From an uncultured Chloroflexia bacterium (lineage in GTDB: Bacteria; Chloroflexota; Limnocylindria; Limnocylindrales; CSP1-4): 64,000 nt of DNA. Of this stretch, positions 52,317 through 63,810 are shown piece by piece. Location of the stretch: NCBI GenBank assembly GCA_963813335.1, contig CAWEYL010000001.1, positions 288,001 to 352,000 of the forward strand. Direction: 5' to 3'. A program made the position numbers and the translations under genes. The notes beneath the pieces were generated by a model. It made no database searches, was not told the DNA's origin, and saw nothing but the letters and a program-made list of their open reading frames with translations. Each line of letters begins with the position of its first letter. Position 1 is the first letter of the stretch.

Positions 52317-54149
52317 ATGTGCGGCATCGTCGGCTACACGGGCCCGCGCGAAGCGGGACCCATCCTCATCGAAGGCCTCAAGCGCCTCGAGTACCGCGGC
52401 TACGACTCGGCCGGGATCGCCCTCGTCGACGACGCCGGCGACCTCTTCGTCGAGAAGCGGGCGGGCAAGCTCGTCAACCTCCAGACAGCCATCGCCGACC
52501 GGACCCCCCACGCGGCGATCGGCCTCGCGCACACCCGCTGGGCGACGCACGGCCGCCCGAACGACCTCAACGCCCATCCCCACCAGGACTGCACCGGCGA
52601 GATCACGGTCATCCACAACGGGATCATCGAGAACTTCCGCGAGCTGCGCGACGGCCTCGAGGCGCGCGGCCACACCCTGACGTCGGAGACCGACACCGAG
52701 GCGATCGCCCACCTGGTCGAGGAGGCCTACGAGGGCGACCTCGCCGAGGCGGTTCGCGCTGCGCTCCGACGGATCGAGGGCGCCTACGCCATCGTGGTGA
52801 TGCACCGCGCCGAGGGCGACCGCCTGGTCGGCGCCCGGCAGGATGTCCCGCTCGTCGTCGGCCTGGCCGACGGGGAGAGCTTCCTGGCCTCGGACGTGGC
52901 GGCGATCCTCGCCCACACCGACCAGATCATCTTCCTCGAGGAGGGCGACGTGGTCGACCTCCGGCCGTGGGGCGTGGTGATCACCGACAAGTTCGGCGAG
53001 GACCGCGAGCGCGAGATCACCACCATCGACTGGACGCCGGAGGCCGCCGAGAAGGGCGGCTACGAGCACTTCATGCTCAAGGAGATCCACGAGCAGCCCG
53101 AGGCCCTCGCCCAGTCGATCGCCGGCCGGGTGACCCGCGACGGCCGGATCCACGTCGAGGAGATCGCCGGCATGCTCGGCACGCTGCAGGCCATCGACCG
53201 GATCGAGCTGGTCGCCTGCGGCAGCGCCTACTACGCCTCGCTGATCGGCGCAACGGCGCTCCAGGACTGGATCGGGATCCCGGTGCGCGCGACCGTCGGG
53301 TCCGAGTTCCGCTACAGTCCGCCGCCGCTCGACGAGCGGACGCTGATCATCGCCGTGACCCAGTCGGGCGAGACGGCCGACACGATCGCCCCGGTCCGCC
53401 TGGCGCGCGAGCGCGGCTGCCCGGTCATCGCGGTCACCAACACCGTGGGATCCGCGATCACCCGCGAGGCCGACGCGGTCCTGTTCCTGCAGGCCGGGCC
53501 GGAGATGGCGGTGGCGGCCTCCAAGACGTTCGTCACCCAGGTCACGACCCTGCTGGTCCTTGCCGCGGCCATCGCCCGGACGCGCGGGTGCCTGGCGGAC
53601 GCCGACGAGCTGGCCTTCGGGGAGGCGCTGCGCGCCCTCCCGGCGGCGGCGGCCCGGGCGCTCGAGAGCGCCTCGGCGGGCTCCGCCGAGCTGGCCCGCC
53701 GCTACGTCAACTCGCGCGGCTTCATGTTCGTCGGACGCGGCTACGGGTACCCGGCCGCCCTCGAGGGCGCGCTGAAGCTCAAGGAGGTCAGCTACGTCCA
53801 CGCCGAGGGGTATGCGGCCGGCGAGCTGAAGCACGGTCCCATCTCGCTGCTCGACGCGGAGTGCCCGCTGGTGGCGGTCGCGACGAAGTCGTCGGTCTAC
53901 GACAAGCTCATCAGCAACGTGATGGAGGGCCGCGCCCGCGATGCCCGCGTCATCGCCGTGGCGACCGAGGGCGACGTCCAGATCGAGCGCTTCGCCGACG
54001 ACGTCTGCTGGGTCCCCGACACGCACGAGGCGCTTGCCCCGATCCTCGCGATCATCCCGCTGCAGCTCTTCGCGTACCACGTCGCCACCGCTCGCGGCAC
54101 GGACGTCGACCAGCCGCGCAACCTCGCCAAGTCGGTGACGGTCGAGTAG
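52317..54149 (+). CDS. glmS: Glutamine--fructose-6-phosphate transaminase
   Basis: MCGIVG, HTRWATHG, QSGETADT, PRNLAKSVTVE. Confidence 0.97.
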   Translation: MCGIVGYTGPREAGPILIEGLKRLEYRGYDSAGIALVDDAGDLFVEKRAGKLVNLQTAIADRTPHAAIGLAHTRWATHGRPNDLNAHPHQDCTGEITVIHNGIIENFRELRDGLEARGHTLTSETDTEAIAHLVEEAYEGDLAEAVRAALRRIEGAYAIVVMHRAEGDRLVGARQDVPLVVGLADGESFLASDVAAILAHTDQIIFLEEGDVVDLRPWGVVITDKFGEDREREITTIDWTPEAAEKGGYEHFMLKEIHEQPEALAQSIAGRVTRDGRIHVEEIAGMLGTLQAIDRIELVACGSAYYASLIGATALQDWIGIPVRATVGSEFRYSPPPLDERTLIIAVTQSGETADTIAPVRLARERGCPVIAVTNTVGSAITREADAVLFLQAGPEMAVAASKTFVTQVTTLLVLAAAIARTRGCLADADELAFGEALRALPAAAARALESASAGSAELARRYVNSRGFMFVGRGYGYPAALEGALKLKEVSYVHAEGYAAGELKHGPISLLDAECPLVAVATKSSVYDKLISNVMEGRARDARVIAVATEGDVQIERFADDVCWVPDTHEALAPILAIIPLQLFAYHVATARGTDVDQPRNLAKSVTVE

Positions 54150-54154
54150 GGACG

Positions 54155-54821
54155 GTGAGCTGGCACCCTCCCCAGGGTTCCGGCGGGGAGCTCTCCGAGG
54201 CCGGAGGGGAAGCTCCGCGACCCCATCCGCCCGAGGATTCGCCTGGCGACTCGACCGAGGTGCCCGCGCTCGCCGTTCCGCCCGGCACCACGGAGCTGGG
54301 CATCGACATCATCAAGGTCGAGCGCATCCGCGAGACCCTCGGCGAAGTTCGGGTCGCGTTTCTCGAACCGGGTCCTGACCCCCGCCGAGCAGCGCTACGT
54401 CCGCGACCGTCCGGAGACGCTGGCCGGCCGCTGGGCCGCCAAGGAGGCCGTGTCCAAGGTCCTCGGCCTCGGCGTCCGCGGCATCGGCTGGCGCGACATC
54501 GAGGTGGAGCGCCTGCCGACGGGGCAGCCGTCGATCCACCTCCACGGCCGTGCCGCAGCGCGCGCCGAGCAGCTCGGGATGGGCCGGATCGCGGTCTCGA
54601 TCAGCCACGAGTCGGACTACGCCGTCGCGATCGCTTACGGCGTCCGCACGACGGGCGGCCGGTTCATCTTCCCGCCCGACATCGAGGAGCGGCTGGATGA
54701 CCGCGAGCGCCGGATCCTGGCCCGGATCGAGCGGCTGCGCGACCTCGCCGAGGCCGGTGGCGCGGCGGCCCTCGCGAGCGACGCGCCCCCCGCGGCGGTC
54801 GGCGAGGCCGTCGATGACTGA
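54155..54821 (+). CDS. acpS: Holo-ACP synthase, interrupted by a +1 frameshift near 54341 (start uncertain)
   Basis: LGIDIIKVERI in one frame; after removing one G it continues FGSRFSNRVLT..LAGRWAAKEAVSK..SISH. Confidence 0.85.
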
Positions 54822-55851
54822 GCGGCCGGTCGGCTTCGGCGCCCGCGCGAAGCAGGAGACCGCCCCCGCGACCCAGGCGACGGCCGCCCTGCCGGACGGC
54901 GCGGTCCGGCTCGACGACGACATCGCCGGAGCGCTGCTCCCGGCGCGCCCGGCACGTGGCCACAAGGGCTCGTTCGGCAAGCTGCTGGTCATCGCCGGAT
55001 CGCTCGACTATGCGGGGGCGGCGTTGCTCGTCTGCCGCGCGGCCGGGCGGGCGGGAGCGGGGCTCGTCACCCTCGCGGTGCCCGAATCGCTGCAGCCGCT
55101 CTTCGCCGCCAAGGTCGTCGAGGCGACGACGATGGCGCTTCCCGAGGACGACGTCGAGGAGATCGACCCGGAGCCGGCGATCGCCCGCATCCTCGACCAC
55201 GAGCATGACGCGATCGTCGTCGGGCCGGGGCTGCGCCCGGGACTCGCGACGGCCGAGCTCGTTCGCGAGCTGATCGACGCGAGCGGGCCGGACCAGGCAC
55301 CGATCGTGCTCGACGCCGAGGCGCTCCGCTCGCTCGCGACGATGGACGGCTGGTGGGAGGGCGGCCGGCGTCCGGCCGTGCTGACCCCGCACGCCGGGGA
55401 GTTCGCGCGGCTGCGCGCCGGCGCCGGGCGCGATCCCGCCGACGACGGCGACCTGGCCGACGACGACGCCGCCCGGGTGACGGCCGCTCGCGACGCCGCG
55501 CAGACATGGGGGCAGGTCGTGGTGCTGAAGGGCGCCGCGCACCGTGATCGCCTCGCCCGACGGCGATGTCGCGATCGCCCCGTTCGAGAACCCGGCGCTC
55601 GCCTCGGGCGGGACCGGCGACGTGCTGGCCGGGACGATCGGCTCGCTGCTGGCCCAGGGCCTCGAGCCGTACTCGGCCGCCCGGCTCGGGGTCTACCTGC
55701 ACGGGCTCGCCGGCGACCAGGTCCGCGAACGGTTCGGCGACTCGGGCCTGCTCGCGTCGGACCTGCCCGACGGCATCGCCCTGGCGCGCAAGCGCCTCGC
55801 CGTCGCCGAGGAGCGCCGGGTCGCCAAGGGCCGGCTCGGGTTCGCGCCGAC

Positions 55852-55855
<4 letters not shown>
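54814..55855 (+). CDS. nnrD: ADP-dependent NAD(P)H-hydrate dehydratase, interrupted by a +1 frameshift near 55537
   Basis: HKGSFG, GPGL, LTPHAGEF, VVLKG, then TVIA..NPALASGGTGDVLAG in the shifted frame. Confidence 0.87.
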
Positions 55856-57096
<1,241 letters not shown>

Positions 57097-57188
57097 GTGC
57101 CCCCGACCTTCGCCCCGCCGCGCTCGACCGTGCCCGCGTGCCGTACCATCCGGGGCGTGACCCCGCTGCCGCCCGGACCCGCCGTCCC

Positions 57189-57480
57189 ATGAGCACCCCC
57201 ATCGAGCTGTCCGACGACGGCCGCGACGAGCTCGTGGAGCAGGTCGCGCGCGAGATCCAGCTGCGCGGGCTCGACGGGACCGGCGGTCCACTTCCTCGAA
57301 GCCAGCCGGCCGTACCGGTCGCTGGGCTCCAACGCGATGCTCTTCTTCGACCCGGTGCTGCGCGGCCTGTTCGGCGGTGAGCTCACCTCGGCCAACGAGA
57401 TCCTGGCCGACGAGGACGGCATCGAGCAGCTCATCGCCCGCCTCGAGGAGCTCGACGAAGAAGTCACCTGGGACGCCTGA
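57189..57480 (+). CDS. Small helical hypothetical protein (~96 aa), +1 frameshift near 57273
   Basis: MSTPIELSDDGRDELVEQVAREIQLRGL / TGPAVHFLEASRPYRSLGSNAMLFFDPVL...IEQLIARLEELDEEVTWDA; strong GC3 codon bias in both parts. Confidence 0.7.
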
Positions 57481-57520
57481 CGGCGACGCCGCCGCCGGGA
57501 CTGGCGGGTACGATGGCCCG

Positions 57521-59126
57521 GTGACCAGCGATCCACGCGCGTTCCTGGCCGCCGACCGACGGCGGTGCGACCAGCGGTGCGGCGCTCATCGGTCGGGTCG
57601 GGCACGCCTGGCGATTGCTCGGCTCGGTCGCGCTCCCGGCTGCCGTCGCCGACGACGCCGCCACCCGGCTGGTGGTCGAGCGCTTCGCCGCTGCCGCACC
57701 GGGGCTGGCAGCCCGCCTGGGCATCGACCCGGCGCATGTCGACGCGATCCCGGTCGTCCGCGTCCGCTCGGCCCCGGCCCGAACCCTCGGCGTCGTCGCG
57801 GCGTCGGAGCGGGCCCTCGCGCCGCTCGCGGCCGCCGCGGCCCGAAGCGGCTGGCGGGTCGTCTCCGCGAGCGCGGCGACGACCGACCCGCTCGCGATGA
57901 CCGCGCTCCTGCTCGATCCCGCGGTCGACGGCGTCCTGGTCGGGGCCGGCGATCCGCCCGGTGCCGACGAGCGGGGCGCGCTCACGGAGCTCACGTCCCT
58001 GGTCGCCGCGGTGGCCGCCCGCCAGCCCGACCGCCTGGTGATCCTGGCCGGCGCCATGGCCGAGGGCGTCGCCGCGTTCGGCGATGCGACCGCGCGCGAC
58101 GGCGAGACCCTCCTCGCGCCCGCGGCCCATGAGGGGGCCGCCGGGGCGCCGCTGCGCGAGCTCCTGACCGAGATCGCCTTCCCCGCCGACGACGCCCGGC
58201 GCGCGATCGGGGCCGCGGCGGCGAGCCTTGCCGAGCTGCTCGACCGCCGGATCGAGGTCGTCGAGATCGGCTTCGACGGCGGCCTGCGCGCCCGCTCCTC
58301 CCCGGGCGGGCCGGGGGAGCCGCCGACGACCGACATCGCCATCGTCCCGGAGGCGCGGCTCGTGCCCGCGGACCCCGACGACGCCGCGGTCGACCGGGTC
58401 CTCGGCTGGGCCACGATGACCACGGATCGCCATCGCCTGCGCGACCGGATGCGCGAGCTGCGCATCGCGCCGTGGTCGGATGCGACGGGCGACGGGATGG
58501 CGTTCCGGCTCGCGGCCCTGCGGGCGGCGCTGGGACGGCTGGCCGATGCGACGCCGGAGTTCGCGGCCGGTCCACCGCCGGACCTCGTGATCGCCGCCGG
58601 GGGCGCCTGGTCCACCATGACGCCGGCCTCGACCGCCCTCGCCATCAACGACGTCCTGCGCCGGCCCGGGGCCACGGCCTTCGCGCTGGACCACGCCCGG
58701 CTGCTCGGGGCGCTCGGCTCGATCCCCGACGCGGACGAGCGGCGCGCCGTCCTGGCCGACATGGTCGACGACATCCTCGCCCCGATCGGGACGGTCGTGA
58801 CGCCGTCCGGCATGCGGACCGGCCGAAGCGCCGGCAGCCTGGTCGTCCACGGCGCGGCGCCGGGCGCCGCGATCGACCTGCATGCCGGCGGCCTGCAGGT
58901 GGTGGCGCTGCCGTCCGGGAGCGCGGCGGTCGCCGAGTTCCGCTTCCGCGACGGCGTGCGGCTCGGCACCCGCGGCCGCCATTTCGCGGTCGAGGTGGCC
59001 GGCGGCCTGGCCGGGCTGATGGTCGACCTGCGCGACGTGCCGCTCCGCCTGCCCGAGCGCAGCGACCGGCGACGCGAGCTGCTCGATGGCTGGCAGGCGG
59101 CCGTGTCCGGGGCGCCGAGCCGATGA
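57521..59126 (+). CDS. GlmL/MutL (glutamate mutase L)-like actin-fold protein, +1 frameshift near 57557
   Basis: Rejoined N-terminus FLAAD.GGATSGAALI resembles an ASKHA phosphate-1 motif; VVEIGFDG (phosphate-2-like), DLVIAAGG, C-terminal GGLAGLMVDLRDVPLRLP..R..L..W. Confidence 0.6.
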
Positions 59127-60136
59127 CCTCCGGCACGCTCGCCCTGGTCCCCGCCCGGCGGCTGATCGAGGCCCCGGTCGATGCCACGTTCCATCTCGCC
59201 CCGGGCGACCGCGTGCTGGTCGAGGCCGGCGCGTCGGTCGTGGTCGGCGCGCCGATCGCCGAGCGGCTCCGTGACGCGCGGCTCGAGGACCGCAACGTCC
59301 CGGTGGACGCCGTCCCGCTCCCCGGCGAGCGCTGGCATCCGACCCAACGGGCCGGCGAGCCGGTGCTGGCCGGCCTGGGCCGTGCGCCGGTCGGCGGCGA
59401 GTTCCTGTTCCCGTGGAAGGGCCGCTGGCGGATCGCCACCGGTGACATCGTCGACCCGATCGAGACCCCGGTGGCGGGCATCGTGCGCGAGGTGCGCTCC
59501 GGCTCCTCGGTCACGATCCGGGCCGCCGGCCACGGGATCCGCGGCATCGTCGCGCTGGGCGGCTCGACCCGTGGGCGCGTCCGGATGGCCACGGGACCCG
59601 ATGGCGGTCTCCGCCCGGGCGGCCTCGACGTCGGCCTCGCCGGCTCGATCCTGGTCGTCGACGCCCGGGTCGATGCCGAGACGCTGACGCGGGCGCGAGC
59701 GATGGGCGTGCGCGGCATCGTCGTGGCCGGGCTGGCCAGCAAGGAGCGACGCGATTTCCAGGCCTCCGAGGCGCGCCAGCGCGCCGCCCTCCACCGGCTC
59801 CCGCCGTATGCCGTGCTCGTGATGGAGGGCGCCACGCGGCGCCCGATGGCCGCGACGATCATGGCCGCGCTCGTCGCGCTGGCCGGCAAGGAAGTGGCGA
59901 TCGTCGCCGACCCGCCGATGCTCGTCTTCGACCACCCGGGTCTGGAACTGCCGCTGCCCGCCGCGGACACCGTGCGCATCCGCGGCGGTGCGCTGAGTGG
60001 CCACGAAGGCCAGTGGATGGGCGCCGCCGGGCGGCGCCACTTCGGCGACGGCCTCGACCTCGAAGCGGGGCGCGTGCGCCTCGCCGATGGCAGCGTGGTG
60101 GCCGTGCCGCTCGGCGACCTCGAACGGTTCGCCTGA
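59123..60136 (+). CDS. Uncharacterised protein with barrel-sandwich hybrid-like N-part, central alpha/beta domain and KOW/SH3-like C-terminus
   Basis: ATGA overlap with the upstream gene; VLVEAGASVVVGAPIA, IETPVAGIVREV, ARAMGVRGIVVAG, TVRIRGGALSGHEG..VAVPLGDLE. Confidence 0.7.
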   Translation: MTSGTLALVPARRLIEAPVDATFHLAPGDRVLVEAGASVVVGAPIAERLRDARLEDRNVPVDAVPLPGERWHPTQRAGEPVLAGLGRAPVGGEFLFPWKGRWRIATGDIVDPIETPVAGIVREVRSGSSVTIRAAGHGIRGIVALGGSTRGRVRMATGPDGGLRPGGLDVGLAGSILVVDARVDAETLTRARAMGVRGIVVAGLASKERRDFQASEARQRAALHRLPPYAVLVMEGATRRPMAATIMAALVALAGKEVAIVADPPMLVFDHPGLELPLPAADTVRIRGGALSGHEGQWMGAAGRRHFGDGLDLEAGRVRLADGSVVAVPLGDLERFA

Positions 60137-60145
60137 GACGGGACG

Positions 60146-60619
60146 ATGCCCGTGACCCGTCCGCCTGTCCGCGAGCTCCGTTGCCCGGACCCCGAGTCGA
60201 CGTCCGCGCTCGGACGATCGCTGGCGACCGCGGCGCGCGCCGGGGACCTCGTCTGCCTGTGGGGCGACCTCGGGGCGGGCAAGACCCACCTGGCGAAGGC
60301 GTTCGGCGCCGGCCTGGGCGTGACCGACACCATCGCCTCGCCCAGCTACATCCTGATGGCCGAGTACGAGGGCCGGCTCCCGCTCTACCACGTCGACCTG
60401 TACCGCCTCCAGGATGCCGCCGACGCGCTCGCCGGCGGACTCCTCGACGATCGCTGGACGGCGGGCGTCGTGGTCATGGAATGGCCGGACCGGATGGGTG
60501 ACGCGCTCCCGCTCGAGCGGCTCGACGTGATCATCGACGGGTCGGGCGACGAGCCGCGGACCATCCGGCTGATTCCCCACGGTGCGGGATACGAGCGCTA
60601 TCTCGAGGCAGCGCCATGA
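60146..60619 (+). CDS. tsaE: t6A biosynthesis ATPase TsaE
   Basis: GDLGAGKT, SPSY, HVDLYRL, EW. Confidence 0.95.
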   Translation: MPVTRPPVRELRCPDPESTSALGRSLATAARAGDLVCLWGDLGAGKTHLAKAFGAGLGVTDTIASPSYILMAEYEGRLPLYHVDLYRLQDAADALAGGLLDDRWTAGVVVMEWPDRMGDALPLERLDVIIDGSGDEPRTIRLIPHGAGYERYLEAAP

Positions 60620-61302
60620 GCGAGGACGCCGTCATCCTCGCGCTCGACACGGCCACCACCCGGATCGTCGTCGCGCTCGGCACGACCGACGGCGCGATGC
60701 TCGCCGACGCCTCGTGGCCGGCCGGCTACCGCCACGGCGAGACGCTGCTGCCCGCCATCGAGCGGCTGCTCGACGACGGCGAGGTCGAGCGATCGCGCAT
60801 CGCGGCGATCGTCGTGGGCACCGGGCCGGGCGCCTTCACGGGCCTGCGCGTCGGGATCGCCACGGCCAAGGGGCTCGCCCACGGCCTCGGACAGCCGATC
60901 GTCGGGGTCGCGACGGGCGCGGCGTTGCTCGCGGCGGCCCGCCGGGCGGGTGCCCTCCATGCCGGTCCGGTCGCGCTCCTCCTGCCCGCCGGACCGTCGG
61001 ACCGGCTGCTGGTCCGCGATGGCGAGCCGGCCGAGCTGCTGCCCGCCGGGACGGACCCGGCGCTGGACGGCGGGACGTCGCTGGTCGCCGTGGACCTCGA
61101 GGGGCGGGCGCCCGAGGATGCCGTGGCGCGCGGCGAGGCGGCCCGTGGCGGGCTCGCCGCGGAGCTGCTGGCGATCGGTGCCGGCCGCCTGCGCTCGGGC
61201 GACGTCGACGACCTGGCCACGCTCGTGCCCGAATACGTCACGCTGCCGCGCGGGGTGCGCGCCGCCGCCGGGGAGGTGGAATGGTCGCGCGACCCCCGGT
61301 GA
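60616..61302 (+). CDS. tsaB: t6A biosynthesis protein TsaB
   Basis: LALDTAT, GPGAFTGLRVG, PEY. Confidence 0.93.
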   Translation: MSEDAVILALDTATTRIVVALGTTDGAMLADASWPAGYRHGETLLPAIERLLDDGEVERSRIAAIVVGTGPGAFTGLRVGIATAKGLAHGLGQPIVGVATGAALLAAARRAGALHAGPVALLLPAGPSDRLLVRDGEPAELLPAGTDPALDGGTSLVAVDLEGRAPEDAVARGEAARGGLAAELLAIGAGRLRSGDVDDLATLVPEYVTLPRGVRAAAGEVEWSRDPR

Positions 61303-61859
61303 GGATCCGCATCGAGCCGATGCGCCTCGAGGACCTGCCCCTCGTCCACGCCATCGAGCGGGCCAGCTTCAATGCGCCATGGCCCGCCAACGCGTACCGC
61401 AGCGAGCTCGAGTCGAACCGGCTCGCCCAGTACCTCGTCGCCCGCGCCGACGGCGAGATCGTGGCCTACGGCGGGATGTGGCTGATGGTCGACGAAGCCC
61501 ACATCACGACGTTCGCGGTGCACCCCGACTGGCGCCGCCAGCGCATCGGCGAGCGACTGCTGCTGGCGTTCCTCGACCTGGCCGAGGACAGCGGCGCGCG
61601 CGAGGCCACGCTCGAGGTCCGCCTCTCGAACCTGCCCGCCCGCCGCCTCTACGAGAAGTACGGCTTCCGGCCGGTCGGCCTGCGGCCGCGCTACTACAGC
61701 GACGACAACGAGGACGCGCTGATCATGACGACCGATGCCCTCGCCGACGCCGGGCACCGGGAGCGGATCGCCCGCCTCCGGGAGGCGCTCGACGCCTCGC
61801 CGGCGCCGGAAGCGCCGGACGGACGGTCGTCGCCCGAGCCGGACGGCGACGCGGGGTGA
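61281..61859 (+). CDS. rimI: Ribosomal protein S18 alanine N-acetyltransferase
   Basis: EAHITTFAV, TLEVRLSN, RPRYY..EDALIM; GGAGGT RBS. Confidence 0.93.
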   Translation: MVARPPVRIRIEPMRLEDLPLVHAIERASFNAPWPANAYRSELESNRLAQYLVARADGEIVAYGGMWLMVDEAHITTFAVHPDWRRQRIGERLLLAFLDLAEDSGAREATLEVRLSNLPARRLYEKYGFRPVGLRPRYYSDDNEDALIMTTDALADAGHRERIARLREALDASPAPEAPDGRSSPEPDGDAG

Positions 61860-62920
61860 GCGGGCCGCTGGTCCTCGCCATCGAGTCGTCGTGCGACGAG
61901 ACCGGGATCGCGCTCGTCGAGGGCGGCCGGACGATCCACGCCAACGTGGTCGCCTCGCAGGTGGCGCTCCACGCGGCGTCCGGCGGGATCGTGCCCGAGG
62001 TCGCCGCCCGGGCGCACCTGCGCTGGATCATCCCGGTCCTCGACGAGGCGTGGTCCGACGCCGGGGTGGCATGGCCCGATATCGACGCCGTCGCGGTCAC
62101 GTACGGCCCCGGGCTGGCGGGTTCGCTCCTGGTCGGGATCAACCTGGCCAAGGCGCTGGCCTGGGTGCACGACCGGCCGCTGATCGGCGTGAACCACCTC
62201 GAGGGCCACGTCTACGCGGCGTGGCTGGCCGATCCAGCCGTGCCCGACGCCCGGGAGCCGGTCTTCCCGCTGGTCGCCCTGGTGGTTTCCGGCGGGCACA
62301 CGTTCCTGGTCGAGATGACCGACCACCTGACCTACCGGCTTCTCGGCACGACGGTCGACGACGCGGCGGGCGAGGCATTCGACAAGGTCGGGCGCCTGCT
62401 CGGCCTCGGCTACCCTGGCGGGCCGGCGATCTCGCGTGCGGCCGAGGCCGCGACGCTCCACGACCGGGTCTTCCCGCGAGCCTGGCTCGGCGATTCCTAC
62501 GATTTCAGCTTCTCCGGGCTGAAGACCGCGGCGCGCCGGATCGTGGCCGCCGCGCGGGTCGAGGCGGGCCTCGCGGACGAGCCCGAGGCGCCACTCCCCG
62601 AGGCGGTCGTCGCGGAGCTGGCGTGGGGCTTCGAGGACGCCGTGGTCGATGTCCTCGTGACCAAGACCATCCGGGCGGCACGGGCGGCCGGCGCCCGCTC
62701 CATCGTGCTCGGCGGCGGGGTGGCCGCGAACCGCGTCCTGCGCGGACGTCTCGCCGGCGAGGCCGAGGCCATGGGCCTCCCGCTGATCGTGCCGCGGCCC
62801 GCGCTGTGCACCGACAACGGGGCGATGATCGGCGCCGCCGGCGGGCGACGGGCCGCCGCGGGCGAGCGCTCCGGGCTTGACCTCGACGCCAGGCCGTCGC
62901 TGAAGCTGGCGACCCGATGA
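61856..62920 (+). CDS. tsaD: t6A transferase TsaD
   Basis: IESSCDET, HLEGH, VSGGHT, DDAAGEAFDK, CTDNGAMI. Confidence 0.96.
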   Translation: MSGPLVLAIESSCDETGIALVEGGRTIHANVVASQVALHAASGGIVPEVAARAHLRWIIPVLDEAWSDAGVAWPDIDAVAVTYGPGLAGSLLVGINLAKALAWVHDRPLIGVNHLEGHVYAAWLADPAVPDAREPVFPLVALVVSGGHTFLVEMTDHLTYRLLGTTVDDAAGEAFDKVGRLLGLGYPGGPAISRAAEAATLHDRVFPRAWLGDSYDFSFSGLKTAARRIVAAARVEAGLADEPEAPLPEAVVAELAWGFEDAVVDVLVTKTIRAARAAGARSIVLGGGVAANRVLRGRLAGEAEAMGLPLIVPRPALCTDNGAMIGAAGGRRAAAGERSGLDLDARPSLKLATR

Positions 62921-63810
62921 GCGGCGCGGCCCGGCCGCGCCTGGACGCCGCGGAGGTGCGGGCCACCCTTCGGGCGGCCGGCCTGCACGCCCGGCACTCG
63001 CTCTCCCAGAACTTCCTCGCCGACGTCGACGTGCTCGACGCGATCCTCGCGGAGGCCGACCCGGGCCCGGGCCGCGGCGTCCTCGAGATCGGCCCCGGCC
63101 TCGGCCTGCTGACGGGCGCCCTGCTCGGGGCCGGCGCGGCGGTCACCGCGGTCGAGCTGGACCGCGGGCTGGCCGCATTCCTGCGCGACCGCTTCGCCGC
63201 GGAGCTCGACGCCGGGCAGCTCCGGCTCGTGGAGGGCGACGCGCTCGACCAGGACCTGACCGGCCTCGTCCCGCCGCCCTACGACGTGGTCGCCAACCTG
63301 CCGTACCACATCACCAGCCCGATCCTCCACGCGCTGCTCGGGGCGCCGCCGCGGCCGCAGCGGCTCGTGCTGATGGTCCAGCGCGAGGTCGCCGAGCGGA
63401 TCGCGGCCCCGCCCGGGAAGATGAGCTACCTGTCGGTCTTCGTGCAGTACCACGCCCGGGTCCGGATCGCGGTCCGCGTCCCGCCGGGGGCGTTCGAGCC
63501 GAGTCCCGCGGTCGAGTCCGCGGTGATCGTGGTCGAGCCGTACGACCTGGACGACCGGCTCGACCCTGCCGCGGAGGACGAGCTGTGGCGCCTCGTCCAG
63601 GCGAGCTTCCGCGAGCGCCGCAAGATGCTCCACAACGTGCTCGTCCGGCAGCTTCCCGTGGACGGCGCGCGGGTGACGGCGGCACTGGCGGCCACCGGCA
63701 TCGACCCGGACCGCCGCCCCCAGACGCTCGCGGTGGGGGAGTGGATCGCGCTGCGCGAGGCGCTCGGACCGCTCGGCACGGATCGGCGCGGCCGACGGGA
63801 GGACGGATGA
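62917..63810 (+). CDS. rsmA: 16S rRNA m6,2A1518/1519 dimethyltransferase
   Basis: QNFL, EIGPGLG, ANLPYHIT, MVQREVA. Confidence 0.96.
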   Translation: MSGAARPRLDAAEVRATLRAAGLHARHSLSQNFLADVDVLDAILAEADPGPGRGVLEIGPGLGLLTGALLGAGAAVTAVELDRGLAAFLRDRFAAELDAGQLRLVEGDALDQDLTGLVPPPYDVVANLPYHITSPILHALLGAPPRPQRLVLMVQREVAERIAAPPGKMSYLSVFVQYHARVRIAVRVPPGAFEPSPAVESAVIVVEPYDLDDRLDPAAEDELWRLVQASFRERRKMLHNVLVRQLPVDGARVTAALAATGIDPDRRPQTLAVGEWIALREALGPLGTDRRGRREDG

